Below, in pieces: positions 63,817 through 64,000 of a DNA stretch of 64,000 nucleotides. Below the pieces are notes generated by a model. The model was not told the origin of the DNA, did no database searches, and saw only the letters and a list, made by a program, of their open reading frames with translations. The position numbers and the translations under genes are program-made. Origin of the DNA: Microthyrium microscopicum (Eukaryota); contig MU004237.1 of NCBI GenBank assembly GCA_010405405.1, positions 162,191 through 226,190 on the forward strand, given 5' to 3'. The first letter of the stretch is position 1; the number at the start of each line of letters is the position of its first letter.

Positions 63817-64000
63817 ATGGACGCGAGCTCTGCAATCCCTAAGACGGATAATAGCCCAATGGAGGGCGTAATCGACGACTCAAACAGCGCCCCACTCGAA
63901 AATAACGTACACGACTATGTCGCTAACCTCGTCGGCGATAGAAACAAAAAGCCCGCCATAGACTTTCAAAACCCAGGCCCTCTCCTACTCTCTTGCAACC
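63817..64000 (+). CDS. 5' start of an unidentified ORF running off the window, divergent from RAD10
   Basis: ATCATGG start after a C/A-rich leader; the frame is open to the window end (MDASSAIPKTDNSPMEG...). Confidence 0.4.
   Translation, partial: MDASSAIPKTDNSPMEGVIDDSNSAPLENNVHDYVANLVGDRNKKPAIDFQNPGPLLLSCN

Overview
This is fungal genomic DNA from a filamentous ascomycete (Pezizomycotina), judged from short GT-AG introns with CTRAC branch points and RIP-type mutation; the species cannot be assigned from the sequence alone. The window has three zones. (1) 1-16 kb holds mostly conserved genes: a partial 4CL-like acyl-CoA ligase, EMC5/MMgT, a fungal-luciferase (Luz/DUF5519)-like gene, a GAF hybrid histidine kinase, a phenol 2-monooxygenase-like gene, SAH hydrolase and DUF92. 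(2) About 16-48.5 kb is an accessory-like block. It contains satellites, a complete 9.6-kb RIP-inactivated Ty3/gypsy LTR retrotransposon (152-bp LTRs, ATACC target-site duplication), a HeLo-domain gene, a HET-domain gene, three secreted-protein genes, an aldo-keto reductase, a grg1-like gene and an SGNH esterase pseudogene. (3) 48.7-64 kb returns to conserved genes (NUG1, DPB4, beta-tubulin, RAD10/ERCC1) plus two small single-pass membrane genes. The most notable observation is inside the retrotransposon: a fossil gene of about 1.6 kb, antisense to gag-pol and invisible to the ORF track. Reverting RIP changes by eye gives a single frame of about 530 codons with a coiled-coil and a six-cysteine DUF3716-like zinc cluster. 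All family assignments come from motif recognition by eye, not database searches.
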